Origin: Vulcanimicrobiota bacterium
GTDB taxonomy: Bacteria > Vulcanimicrobiota > Vulcanimicrobiia > Vulcanimicrobiales > Vulcanimicrobiaceae
NCBI GenBank assembly: GCA_963795855.1
Contig: CAWCIZ010000002.1
Span: 256,001 to 320,000 of the forward strand
Direction: 5' to 3'
DNA: 64,000 nt
Positions within the stretch are counted from its first letter, which is position 1. The number at the start of each line of letters is the position of its first letter. This document shows, in pieces, positions 25,196-35,405 of this stretch. A program made the translations under genes and the position numbers. Below the pieces are notes generated by a model. That model searched no databases, was not told the DNA's origin, and saw only the letters and a program-made list of their open reading frames with translations.

Positions 25196-27088
25196 TCAGC
25201 CGCCGTTCAGGTCGAGAATCACTTCGGTGGCGAGTGCAATGATAAATCCGCAGGCCAGCGCGGACGTCACGAGCGGGTTGATGCCGGTGCGCCGCAGCAC
25301 GCTCCACAATTCGCCGATCACGAATACGAGCGCGCCGATCGCGGTCGCGAGGAACAGCACGGAAAGCACGGGCGAGTGCAGCGCGTACCCGATAATCGTT
25401 CCAAGGAACGTCGGGCCGCCCGCGACGACACCGGCCAACGCGAGAATGCGCCACCTCGGAACGACGCGTCCGGCGAGCGGCGCCGCAATGCCGAACCCTT
25501 CGGTCGTATTGTGCAGACCGAAGCCCACGATGAGTCCGATGGCGATCGCCGTCGCACCAGACGCTGCGGACGCGCCGATTGCAAGACCTTCGGCGAAGTT
25601 GTGCGCGCCGATCCCGATCGCGATCACCGCGGCAAGGACGTACGGATCCTGCGCTTGCGCCGCGGCACGTTTTGCCATGCGCGTCGCCAGAGCGCCCAAC
25701 CCCACCAATCCCAAAAATAATCCGCCGGCATACGCAACCGCGAGCCACAGCGCGCCGGCGACAGCACCACCCGCATGCCACTGTTCTACGGCGCGCACCA
25801 GCGGAGTTGTCGCATTTCCCGCGATCTCGACGACCAAGTAGACGAGGATACCGATGGCGACGGCGTTCAGCACGCCAATCGTGGTCGGCGAGATGTTGCG
25901 CATGCGCGCGATCGGCAAACCCAGCAGAATCGTGAAACCGGCAATGGCGCCCAGCACGATCGTCCACCCGAACGACAAAGGGCCGCGGCTCGCGCTTCCA
26001 AAACTCGGCAGCATCGAGCGCATCGCCGCATTCATCGCCCCGGCGCGATTCGGCGTTCCTTCGTAATGAATCGTCGTGATGAGGCCGTCCGGCATGCCCT
26101 GATTGTCTTCCGTGTGATCGAGCACATGACAGTGCACGAGCCAATTCCCGGGCGCTTGATTCGCATCCACGATGACGTCCGCGCGCTGTCCCGGGCCGAG
26201 CGAGACCGTGTCTTCGACGTCCGGCTGCGCGACCGGCTGCGCGTCGCGCGCGATGACGCGCTGGTAATGCCCGTGCGTGTGCATCGTGTGAAAGTTCTCG
26301 CCGGAGATGTTGATCCACCGGATTCGGACGCGCTGTCCTTCGCGCACGGTGATGGGCGCAGTCGCGGGGTATTCCTTGCCGTTGATCGTGAAGTGGTTTT
26401 CACTCAGGCTTTGAATCGTCCAAGAAGAAAGCACTTCGACGTAGTCGCGGTCCGCGCGTTCGACAGGAGCGGGATGAGCGGGAAGCACGACCAGCGCGCC
26501 ATACAAGCCGCTGTTCACCATCTCTTCGTTATCGTGCGTGTGATACATGAACGTGCCGGGAACGTTTGCGGTGAATTCGTAGCGGTAGCTGCCGCCCTTC
26601 ACCACCATGGGCTGTGAAATTCCGCCGACGCCGTCCATGCTGACCGGAATGCCGTGTATGCCGTGGAGATGCAACGTGTCGGGCACGCTTTGATCGTTGC
26701 GATAGTCGATCACGACGCGATCGCCCTGATGCACGATCAGCGTCGGCCCCGGCACGACGCCGTCGTACGTCTTGGCCATCACGGTTAGGCCCGGCTGAAG
26801 CGTCCACGGTGCGTCGCGTTCGACCAAATGAAACGTCCGAGTGCGTCCGCGAATCTGCGGAACCGCCGCGAACGTGCCGTCCTCGCGTTTGACGAGGCGC
26901 GATTCACCGGGTGCCGGCGTAACGGCCGGGATGGCTCCGCGAAGCGGCTGAAGGCCAACGGTCGCCGGATTCACGCCCTGGGTGGTTTCGTCCGTGTCCG
27001 CCGTTGCGCGGGGCGGAAGCAGGGCTGCACCGAGCAGCAAGAGGGCCGCCACGAGGACATAGGCATGGCGAACTAATGACTTCGGCAC
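25196..27088 (-). CDS. Fusion protein: signal peptide, two-domain multicopper oxidase and ZIP-family metal permease
   Basis: HLHG, YHTH, HTMHTHGH and HCHVLDH copper motifs, followed in frame by ZIP motifs HNFAEG and HNTTEG with about 8 TM helices. Confidence 0.85.
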   Translation of the reverse strand: MPKSLVRHAYVLVAALLLLGAALLPPRATADTDETTQGVNPATVGLQPLRGAIPAVTPAPGESRLVKREDGTFAAVPQIRGRTRTFHLVERDAPWTLQPGLTVMAKTYDGVVPGPTLIVHQGDRVVIDYRNDQSVPDTLHLHGIHGIPVSMDGVGGISQPMVVKGGSYRYEFTANVPGTFMYHTHDNEEMVNSGLYGALVVLPAHPAPVERADRDYVEVLSSWTIQSLSENHFTINGKEYPATAPITVREGQRVRIRWINISGENFHTMHTHGHYQRVIARDAQPVAQPDVEDTVSLGPGQRADVIVDANQAPGNWLVHCHVLDHTEDNQGMPDGLITTIHYEGTPNRAGAMNAAMRSMLPSFGSASRGPLSFGWTIVLGAIAGFTILLGLPIARMRNISPTTIGVLNAVAIGILVYLVVEIAGNATTPLVRAVEQWHAGGAVAGALWLAVAYAGGLFLGLVGLGALATRMAKRAAAQAQDPYVLAAVIAIGIGAHNFAEGLAIGASAASGATAIAIGLIVGFGLHNTTEGFGIAAPLAGRVVPRWRILALAGVVAGGPTFLGTIIGYALHSPVLSVLFLATAIGALVFVIGELWSVLRRTGINPLVTSALACGFIIALATEVILDLNGG

Positions 27089-27171
27089 GCCTAACGGTTC
27101 ACCGGTTCTGCAGTTTCGCCTGCGGCTTTCTTGCTTACATCCGTGCGCGCGCCGGGAACACCTTGAACCTG

Positions 27172-28185
27172 ATGGCTAGCAACAACAAATCCGAAGTGGT
27201 CGTAATTACCGGCGCATCCGGCGGCATCGGCCGCGCAACGGTTCGCGAGTTTGCAAAACACGGAGCGCGTCTCGCACTGGTCGCGCGGGGCGAAGACGGC
27301 CTGGAGGCCGCGCGGCGCGAGGCGGAAGAACTCGGCGCGACCGCAATTGCGATTCCCACCGACGTCGCGAATGACGAAGAGGTCGAACGCGCCGCCGCGC
27401 GCGCCGAAAACGCACTGGGCCCCATCGACATTTGGGTGAACGTCGCCTTCACGAACGTGTTTTCCGAATTCTGGGACGTCACGCCGGAGGAATGGCGCCG
27501 TCTCACCGACGTCACGTACCTTGGCTACGTCTGGGGAACGATGGCGGCGATGAAACGGATGCGTCCGCGCGATCGCGGAACGATCGTGCAGGTCGGATCG
27601 GCGCTTTGCTACCGCAGCATTCCGCTGCAGTCGCCCTACTGCGGCGCGAAATCCGCGATCCGCGGATTCACGGACTCGATCCGCTGCGAACTGATCCATC
27701 ACCACAGCAAGATCAAACTTACGATGGTGCAGATGCCGGCAGTCAACACGCCGCAGTTCACCTGGAACCGCGTGAAAAGCGGACTCAACCACCCGCAGCC
27801 GCTGCCGCCGATCTTTCAACCGGAAGTCGCGGGCCGAGCCGTGTATTGGGCCGCGCACAAAACGCCGCGCGAGATGTGGGTCGGCATGTCTTCGGTGATC
27901 GCGATTCTCGTGCAGAAATTCGCGCCGCGCGTCGCCGATCTGTACTTGGCGATGACCGGATATAAGTCGCAGCAAACGCCGCAGCCGACCTCCGCCGACC
28001 GCCCCGACAATCTCTATCAGCCGGCAGACAGCACCAAGGATTTCGGCGCGCACGGCGAGTTCGACGACAAGGCCAAGCCGCGCAGTTGGGAAACGGAATT
28101 GATCATGAATCGACAGTGGCTGCTCGCGGGCATCGGTCTCGCCGGCGCCGCCGCCGTAACCACGGCAATTCGTCGCAGGCAGTAA
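27172..28185 (+). CDS. SDR family oxidoreductase with C-terminal membrane anchor
   Basis: TGASGGIG, YCGAK, PAVNTPQF. Confidence 0.9.
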   Translation: MASNNKSEVVVITGASGGIGRATVREFAKHGARLALVARGEDGLEAARREAEELGATAIAIPTDVANDEEVERAAARAENALGPIDIWVNVAFTNVFSEFWDVTPEEWRRLTDVTYLGYVWGTMAAMKRMRPRDRGTIVQVGSALCYRSIPLQSPYCGAKSAIRGFTDSIRCELIHHHSKIKLTMVQMPAVNTPQFTWNRVKSGLNHPQPLPPIFQPEVAGRAVYWAAHKTPREMWVGMSSVIAILVQKFAPRVADLYLAMTGYKSQQTPQPTSADRPDNLYQPADSTKDFGAHGEFDDKAKPRSWETELIMNRQWLLAGIGLAGAAAVTTAIRRRQ

Positions 28186-28292
28186 CGCAGCGCGTACCTT
28201 AACGACCGCACCCGTGCATCTTTCAGCACGGGGCGCGGCCGTTCGCTGCGCGGGCAGGATACACGCAATTCGAACTTTGACTAAGAGCATGG

Positions 28293-29792
28293 ATGGCTAA
28301 TCCGTTTCGCGCGCGGCACGACGCGCCGGTAGCGCTCATCACGATCACGGTAATGCTGGGCCTCATCATGGCGATTATCGATGCGACAATCGTCAACGTT
28401 GCGCTCAACGACATTGCCGGGAATCTGGGCGCGTCGATCGATGAAGTCTCGTGGGTGGCGACGGGCTACATTTTGGCGAGCGTCATCACCATGCCGCTCA
28501 ACGGGTGGCTGACGGCGTATTTCGGGCGCAAGAATTTTTATGCCGGATGTTTGGCCGTCTTCACGATCGCGTCGTTTCTGTGCGGAACGGCGCACAGCAT
28601 TTGGCAGCTCGTCTTCTATCGCGTCCTGCAAGGCTTCGGCGGCGGCGCGCTGCAGCCGACCGCGCAGGCGATCCTTTTCGAAACGTATCCGCCCGCGAAG
28701 CGCGGCGCCGCGATGGCGATTTTCGGTCTGGGTGCGATGGTCGGGCCCGCCGTCGGACCCACGCTCGGCGGCTACATCATCGACAATTTCTCGTGGCCGC
28801 TGATCTTCTACATCAATTTGCCGATCGGCATCGTCGCATTCCTCATGACGCTGATGTTCATTCCGAATCCGCGATTCTTGCAGAAGCCGAAAGGCGGTAT
28901 CGATTGGGGCGGGCTCGCGCTGCTCTCGGCGGGATTGGCCTCGCTGCAGTACGTGCTCGAGCGCGGACAGCACGACGACTGGTACCAATCGGACACGATT
29001 TGGCTGCTGACGATAGTGTCAGTCGTCGGATTAGCGTGGTTCATGGTGAAGGCACTGCGCGACCGCCATCCGCTCGTCGATCTCAACGTCTTCCGGTTTC
29101 GCACGTTTACCATCGGCAACATCATCGGTGCGATCAGCGGCTTCGGCTTGTTCGGCACGAGTTTGGTTTTGCCGTTGTTTTTTCAAACGGTTTTGGGCTT
29201 CACGGCCTTCGATACGGGCCTCGCGTTGCTGCCGGGTGCGATTGCTACGGCGATCAGCATGCTTATCGTTGGCCGCCTCACCGGTAAAATGGATCCGCGC
29301 CTTCTGGTGGGATTCGGTATGATCGTCTTCGGCATTTCGACGTGGTGGATGGGATCGCTCAACGAACATGCGGGATATTGGGACGTCTTTTGGCCGCGTT
29401 TGGTGCAAGGCTTCGGGCTGGGATTTCTTTTCGTCCCGCTCTCGACCGTCACGCTGGGCGCCGTGCCGAAGGAAGAACTCGCCGGCGCGAGCGGCATCTC
29501 CGCGCTTCTGCGGCAACTCGGCGGAAGTCTGGGCATCGCCGTGCTGACGACGCTGCTTGCGCGGGAAGCGGCGATCGCGCAGAGCGAACTTGCTTCCGGC
29601 GTGACGCAGACGCACGGTTATCCGCTCTCGGTGCTCAATCAGCTCGTCGGCGTCGCGTCGCAGGTGATCAGTTACGATTACCTGTTCCGCGTGTCCGCGA
29701 TCATCTTCTTCATCTCCGCGCCGCTCGTCATCTTCATGCGTCCATCGCGCCGAAGCGGCGCCGTCGCCGCGATGCCCGCTGCCGCGGATTAG
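28293..29792 (+). CDS. DHA2 family MFS efflux permease (EmrB-like)
   Basis: DATIVNVAL, GPAVGPTLGG, WPLIFYINLPIG, RQLGGSLG. Confidence 0.92.
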   Translation: MANPFRARHDAPVALITITVMLGLIMAIIDATIVNVALNDIAGNLGASIDEVSWVATGYILASVITMPLNGWLTAYFGRKNFYAGCLAVFTIASFLCGTAHSIWQLVFYRVLQGFGGGALQPTAQAILFETYPPAKRGAAMAIFGLGAMVGPAVGPTLGGYIIDNFSWPLIFYINLPIGIVAFLMTLMFIPNPRFLQKPKGGIDWGGLALLSAGLASLQYVLERGQHDDWYQSDTIWLLTIVSVVGLAWFMVKALRDRHPLVDLNVFRFRTFTIGNIIGAISGFGLFGTSLVLPLFFQTVLGFTAFDTGLALLPGAIATAISMLIVGRLTGKMDPRLLVGFGMIVFGISTWWMGSLNEHAGYWDVFWPRLVQGFGLGFLFVPLSTVTLGAVPKEELAGASGISALLRQLGGSLGIAVLTTLLAREAAIAQSELASGVTQTHGYPLSVLNQLVGVASQVISYDYLFRVSAIIFFISAPLVIFMRPSRRSGAVAAMPAAAD

Positions 29793-29832
29793 CCGCGCGA
29801 GCAGCGCGGGCATAATCGCAGTTAGCGTTAAG

Positions 29833-30121
29833 ATGGGTACATGCGTACTCCATGGGACGTGCGTGGAGGGAAAGGCAGTGACATTGACCGTGTACGGCGT
29901 CGTCGTTCCGCCGTTGAAGCCGGGCATCGCCTTCGCCCATTCTCCGGACGGCAGGTGCGTGCAGTTCAGCGGCGATCGCGCGCAGATGATCGAGTATCTG
30001 CGCTCGCGTGAAGCGAAGCGGTTTGAGCGGCGGGCCGCCCGTCATCGTCGACTCGGCCGAATGGCTCGACGTTACGACGGTCGATCGCTCGAGTTGCCCG
30101 GAGTGCACGAGCGCCGCCTAA
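29833..30121 (+). CDS. Small hypothetical protein (probable frameshift near 30022)
   Basis: ORF 29833 N-terminus; the alternative frame ends ...DRSSCPECTSAA. Confidence 0.35.
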
Positions 30122-30243
30122 TAGCGCCGCTTCACCGAATCTTTTCGCGTCACCGCTAGTACCGCGCAAGCGCGTGCAGAACGCGAACCGCATAGTAAGC
30201 GTTCTCTCTATGAGGACGCAATTTGCGTGCTCGGCTTGCGGTG

Positions 30244-31769
30244 ATGACTCTGGTAAACACGTACAAAAACCCCGTACATCGAGGGGATTCTCCGGACCCC
30301 TCGGTTATTCGCGTCGGCGAAAGGGATTTTTGGGCTACGACGACGTCGACCGATTGGGCACCGCAGTTTCCGCTGCTGCACTCCAACGATTTGGTGCACT
30401 GGCGGCAAGCCGGCGCCGTATTTCCACAGCCGCCGTCGTGGGCGGCCGGGAAGTTCTGGGCGCCGGAGATTTCGTACCATAACGGCACGTTTTTCGTGTA
30501 TTACGTCGCGCAGCATCGCCATGGCCCGCTCACGATCGGCGTGGCGACGGCGACGCAGCTCGCGGACCATACGTCGATCACGAACCGCTGATCGGTCAGA
30601 CGTCCGGTTCGATCGATCCGACCGCAGTTACCGGCGACGACGGGCGGCGGTATCTCGTCTGGAAAGAAGACGGGAACAGCCGCGGCTTACCCACCACGAT
30701 TTGGATCCAGCAGCTGAGCCAGGACGGGCTTTCGCTGGTCGGCGAAGCGCGATCGATCCTTTCGAACGACACACCGTGGGAAGGCCACGTCGTCGAAGCG
30801 CCGAGCATCATCAAACACGGCGAGTTCTTTTATCTGTTTTACTCGGGCAATTCGTGCTGCGGCCTCACCTGCAAGTACGCCGTCGGCGTCGCACGCGCGC
30901 GCTGCGTCACCGGCCCATGGCAAAAATATGCGCGCAATCCAATCCTGAAGAGCAATGCATCCTGGCGTTGTCCGGGACACGGCAGCGCGGTAGATGCTGC
31001 CGACGGGCGCACGTTCTATCTCTACCATGCATATGCGAAGCGCGACTCGATTTTCGTAGGGCGACAAACGTTGCTGGATGAGATTCGATGGACCGCCGAC
31101 GGATGGCCGCAAATCAACGGCGGGAAGGGCCCCAGCAGTGAGGCGCCGCGGCCGTTCTCCGGCAAACGCAGCCTGCTGCGGCGGCTAATCTTGCGTCCAA
31201 CTGCGGGCGCGTGGCAGTGGCCGCATGCATACCCGGCGCATGTGCGCTTTCGTGGCGGATGGCCCGGCTCTGTGGTGCTGGGTCCACCTGCTGCCGGTGC
31301 ACCCGGCGACATACTCGGCTGCGTGATCGCGCGCTCACCGCATTTCAGCGATTACGTCGCGGAAACGGCGCTCGACGCAGCAAAATTGATGCCCGAAACG
31401 GAGGCCGGTCTGTGCGCGTTCGGCGATCGCGAGAATGCGGTGGGGCTTAGCTACAGCGCAGGCAAGCTGCGCGTTTGGCAGCGTGTACGCGGCAAGCATC
31501 ATGTTCTGGTCGAGATACTACACAACGCTTCGGGCGTTCTGCGACTGCGCATGCGTGCGCGCCGCGGGTACTACTTCACGTTTGAAACGTACACCGAACG
31601 CGGGTGGGTCGCTATTCGCACCGCTCCACTGCGCGCCGCATACCTTCCGCCGTGGGACCGCGGCGTTCGCGTTGCGCTTACCGCGGGCGGCGGCCCGCAG
31701 GCCAAAGCGGAGTTTCGGTATCTGCGCATACACAAGTGCTCCGAGAAACGGGAGATGAAGTCAGCTTGA
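30244..31769 (+). CDS. Glycoside hydrolase family 43 (frameshift near 30560)
   Basis: YKNPV...PDPSVIR, WAPEI, SIDP, VVEAP, YLFYS, GHGS; C-terminal beta-sandwich. Confidence 0.88.
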
Positions 31770-31802
31770 ACTGTTGAAGCGCGGCAGTGCGCGGCATCGG
31801 AA

Positions 31803-31828
31803 GTTTTATTCATAATTGCTACGGGAAC
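31803..31828 (+). promoter_or_regulatory. SigB/SigF-like promoter
   Basis: GTTTTA-N14-GGGAAC upstream of the GT-glf-GH1 cluster. Confidence 0.45.
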
Positions 31829-31866
31829 ATCAGCGCCAGTCCGACCGGCGAAAGGAGTGGTGTTCG

Positions 31867-32986
31867 ATGAGGTTCCCGCCCGATGCCCCTATCGTTTGCT
31901 TCTCCCACCTTCGATGGAACTTCGTGTTCCAACGCCCGCAGCACGTTCTCTCACGCCTCTCCGCGTCGCGCGAGGTCTTTTACGTCGAAGAGCCGGTCTT
32001 CAAGGACGCGGCTGAACCGCGCCTTGCCGACGCGAAAGTGCTGGAGAACGTTACGGTATTATGCGCGCATTTGCCGGCCGAACGGCGCCACGAAGCCGAG
32101 GAGATGCAGCGCCGCTTACTTTCGGCCTTTCTGCGCGAGCGCCGGATTCTGGATGCCATCTTCTGGTATTACACGCCGATGGCGTTCCCGTGGACGGACC
32201 CGTTGCCGCATTCGATGTGCGTGTACGACTGCATGGACGAACTCTCCATGTTTGCCTTCGCGCCGGACGTTCTCCAAGAACGCGAAGCGGCTTTGCTTGC
32301 GAAAGCGTCGGTCGTTTTCACCGGCGGCAGAAGTTTGTACTATCGAAAGCGCAGGCATCATCGAAACGTCCAGTGTTTTCCGAGCGCCGTTGATGCCGGC
32401 CATTTCCGTCCGCGATCGCTGCCGGAGCCGGACGATCTAGCAGCGATCGGCAGGCCGCGCTTCGGCTTTTACGGCGTCGTGGACGAACGTTTCGACTGCA
32501 GGCTGCTTGGAGACGTCGCGCTGCTTCGACCGCACTGGCAATTCGTTATAGTCGGCCCGATCGCAAAAATCGATCCGCAGTCGCTGCCTCGCCGCGAAAA
32601 CATCCATTACATCGGGCAGCGCTCCTACGATGAATTACCGGCGCATCTGCATCATTGGGACATCGCGATGCTGCCCTTCGCGCTCAATGACGCCACGCGG
32701 TTCATCAGCCCGACGAAGACGCTGGAGTATTTGGCGGCACGCAAGCCGGTCATCTCCACGCCGATCGCGGACGTCGTGGATCCCTACGGCAAGGACGGCC
32801 TAGTCGGTATCGCTTCAGGAGCCCTAGAGTTCGTGGCCATCGCCGAAGACGTTCTGAAGCGCGGCCTTCGTGCGCGCTGGTTCGCATGCGATCGATCGCG
32901 TCGTCGCAGAGCATTCGTGGGACGCAACGGTTGCGGCCATGCGCAACGAATTGGACGTCGCCGCACAGCCTCGCGTACCCGCATGA
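31867..32986 (+). CDS. Glycosyltransferase (GT4-like, glf-associated; frameshift near the 3' end)
   Basis: CFSHLRWNFVFQRPQH, YDCMDELS, FISPTKTLEYLAA. Confidence 0.88.
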
Positions 32987-34109
32987 AGCACTTCGATTAC
33001 CTCATCGTCGGCGCCGGCTTCGCCGGAGCAGTCCTCGCAGAGCGCCTTGCCAACGACGCCGGAAAAACGGTGCTTGCTCGTCGACCGGCGCCCGCACATC
33101 GGCGGCAACGCGTACGACGAAGTCAATGCGGACGGAGTGCTGATCCACCGCTACGGCCCGCACATCTTTCACACGAATTCGGCAGAGGTGTTCGCTTATT
33201 TGGGCGCGTTTCACGCAGTGGCGCCCCTACGAACACCGCGTGCTGGCAAGCGTTGATGGGCAACTGCTGCCCGATGCCGATCAACCTGGACACGATCAAC
33301 CGGCTTTACGGATTGGAACTTCGCGAGCACGAGGTCGAAGCGTTTCTCGCCGCGCGCGCCGAGCGGGTAGAGAAGATCCGCACGTCGGAGGATGCCGTCG
33401 TTTCGCGCATCGGACGCGACCTCTACGAAAAATTCTTCAAGTATTATACGCGCAAACAGTGGGGGCTGGATCCGTCGCGAGCTCGACGCCTCTGTCACCT
33501 CGCGCATTCCCGTACGCGCAAACCGCGACGACCGCTACTTCAACGATACGTACCAGGCGATGCCGCTGCACGGCTACACGCGCATGTTCGAAAACATGCT
33601 CGATCACGCCGAACGTGCGGATCGAGCTCGGCATCGATTTCCGATCGCTCCGCAAGAGTGTAAAATACGAGTCCCTAATTTTTACCGGCCCAATCGACGA
33701 GTTCTTCGACTATTGCTTCGGCCCGCTGCCGTACCGCTCGTTGCGATTCGAGCATCGCACGCTCGAGGTTGCGCAGCATCAACCGGTTGCGGTCGTGAAC
33801 TATCCCAACGATCACGCGCATACGCGCGTCACCGAATATAAGCATCTCACCGGCCAAGTGCACGCGAAAACCGCCATTACCTACGAGTATCCGCAGACCG
33901 AGGGCGACCCGTACTATCCGGTTCCGCGACCGGAAAATGCGCTGCTGTACAAGCGCTACAGAGCGACTCGCAGATAGTCAACCGCGACGTGCATTTCGTC
34001 GGGCGGCTCGGCAACGTACCGGTACTACAACATGGATCAGGTCGTGGCTCAGGCACTGACGACTTACGCGAAAATACGCGGTGCTGCATCGTGGACGCAA
34101 GTCGCTTAG
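32983..34109 (+). CDS. glf: UDP-galactopyranose mutase (multiple frameshifts)
   Basis: DYLIVGAGFAG, HIGGNAYD, HRYGPHIFHT, YTRKQWG, LPYRSL, GDPYYP. Confidence 0.9.
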
Positions 34110-35405
34110 CGATCTGGGGCGGCATCGAATGCACGCGTCTGCCGCATCGGCGACAGCTACGTCGATCAAGTACTGCGAAGCGGGCATCACCGACGCGGCG
34201 GCGACCTCGATCTGATTGCGTCGCTCGGGATTACTGCATTTGCGCTATCCGGTTCTGTGGGAGCGCGTAGCGCCGGAAGGCCTCGAGGGCTGCGAACTGG
34301 CAATGGACCGACGAGCGGTTGGAATCGCTACGACGACTACGGCATCGAGCCGATCGTAACGCTTCTGCATCACGGGAGCGGGCCGCGCTACACAGATCTG
34401 CTTGACGATGACGTTCCCGGCAAAATTCGCCGCTGTATGCCGCTGCGGTCGCGCGGCGCTATCCGTGGCTGCGGTATTTCACGCCGGTAAACGAGCCGCT
34501 GACCACCGCGCGTTTCAGCGCGCTCTACGGCTGGTGGTATCCGCACCGGCGTTCCGAGTCGCGATTTTTACCGGGCGCTGCTGCAACGAACTGCGAGCAA
34601 CGCGCCTGGCGATGCGACGCGATTCGCGAGCATATTCCGGACGCGCAATTCGTATCGACCGAGGATCTCGGCAAGACATATTCGACGCCGGCACTCCGAT
34701 ATCAGGCTGACCACGAAAACGCTCGACGATTGCTGACCTACGATCTTCTCTGCGGCACGCTGGATGCCAATCCGATCATGCAGCGAAAAGTTGTCGCCGA
34801 TTTAGGACTGCGGCAAAATGCCTCGTTCGATCGAGCGTTCGTTTGCGAGCCGGACTTACTCGGTTTCAACTACTATGTCACCGGCGAACGCTGGCTCGAC
34901 GAGCGGCTTCAACGCTATACACAAACGACTTGGGGAGGAAACGGACGAGAGCGCTACGCCGACGTCGAGGCCGTGCGCGTGTGCGTCGAAGGCCTGGCGG
35001 GCCCCGCTGCGCTTCTTCGAGGAATGCGCCGGGCGGTACCGCAGACCGCTTGCGCTAACGGAAGTGCACTTGGCATGCACGCCCGACGAACAAGTGCGCT
35101 GGGTCCGTGACGTGTTCCATGATTTGGTCGGTCTGCGGCGCAAAGGCGTAAAGGTAGCAGCGATGACCGTGTGGTCTTTGCTTGGCGCGTTCGATTGGAA
35201 CTCGATGCTCACCGAATGCAGCGGGTATTACGAATTCGGCGCTTTCGACGTGTCCGGTGAAGCGCCGCGCGAAACGTTGTTGGCGCAATACATCCGCGCG
35301 CTGACCGGTATTCAACTGCGCAAGTTTACGGAATGCGCCGGTCGCGGCTGGTGGAGTAGACCCGAACGTCTGCTCCATGAGGCATGCAGCCGGGTCGCGT
35401 GTTAA
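34091..35405 (+). CDS. GH1-like glycoside hydrolase (multiple frameshifts)
   Basis: WGGIECT, TLLHHGSGP, TPVNEP, GFNYY, YADVEAVR, TEVHL, WSLLGAFDWNS. Confidence 0.75.

Noticed and set aside
31816..33663. Glycosyltransferase-glf fusion in the ORF track
   Set aside because: The GT C-terminus ends in another frame with an ATGA overlap at 32983-32986; the apparent fusion is an indel artefact.
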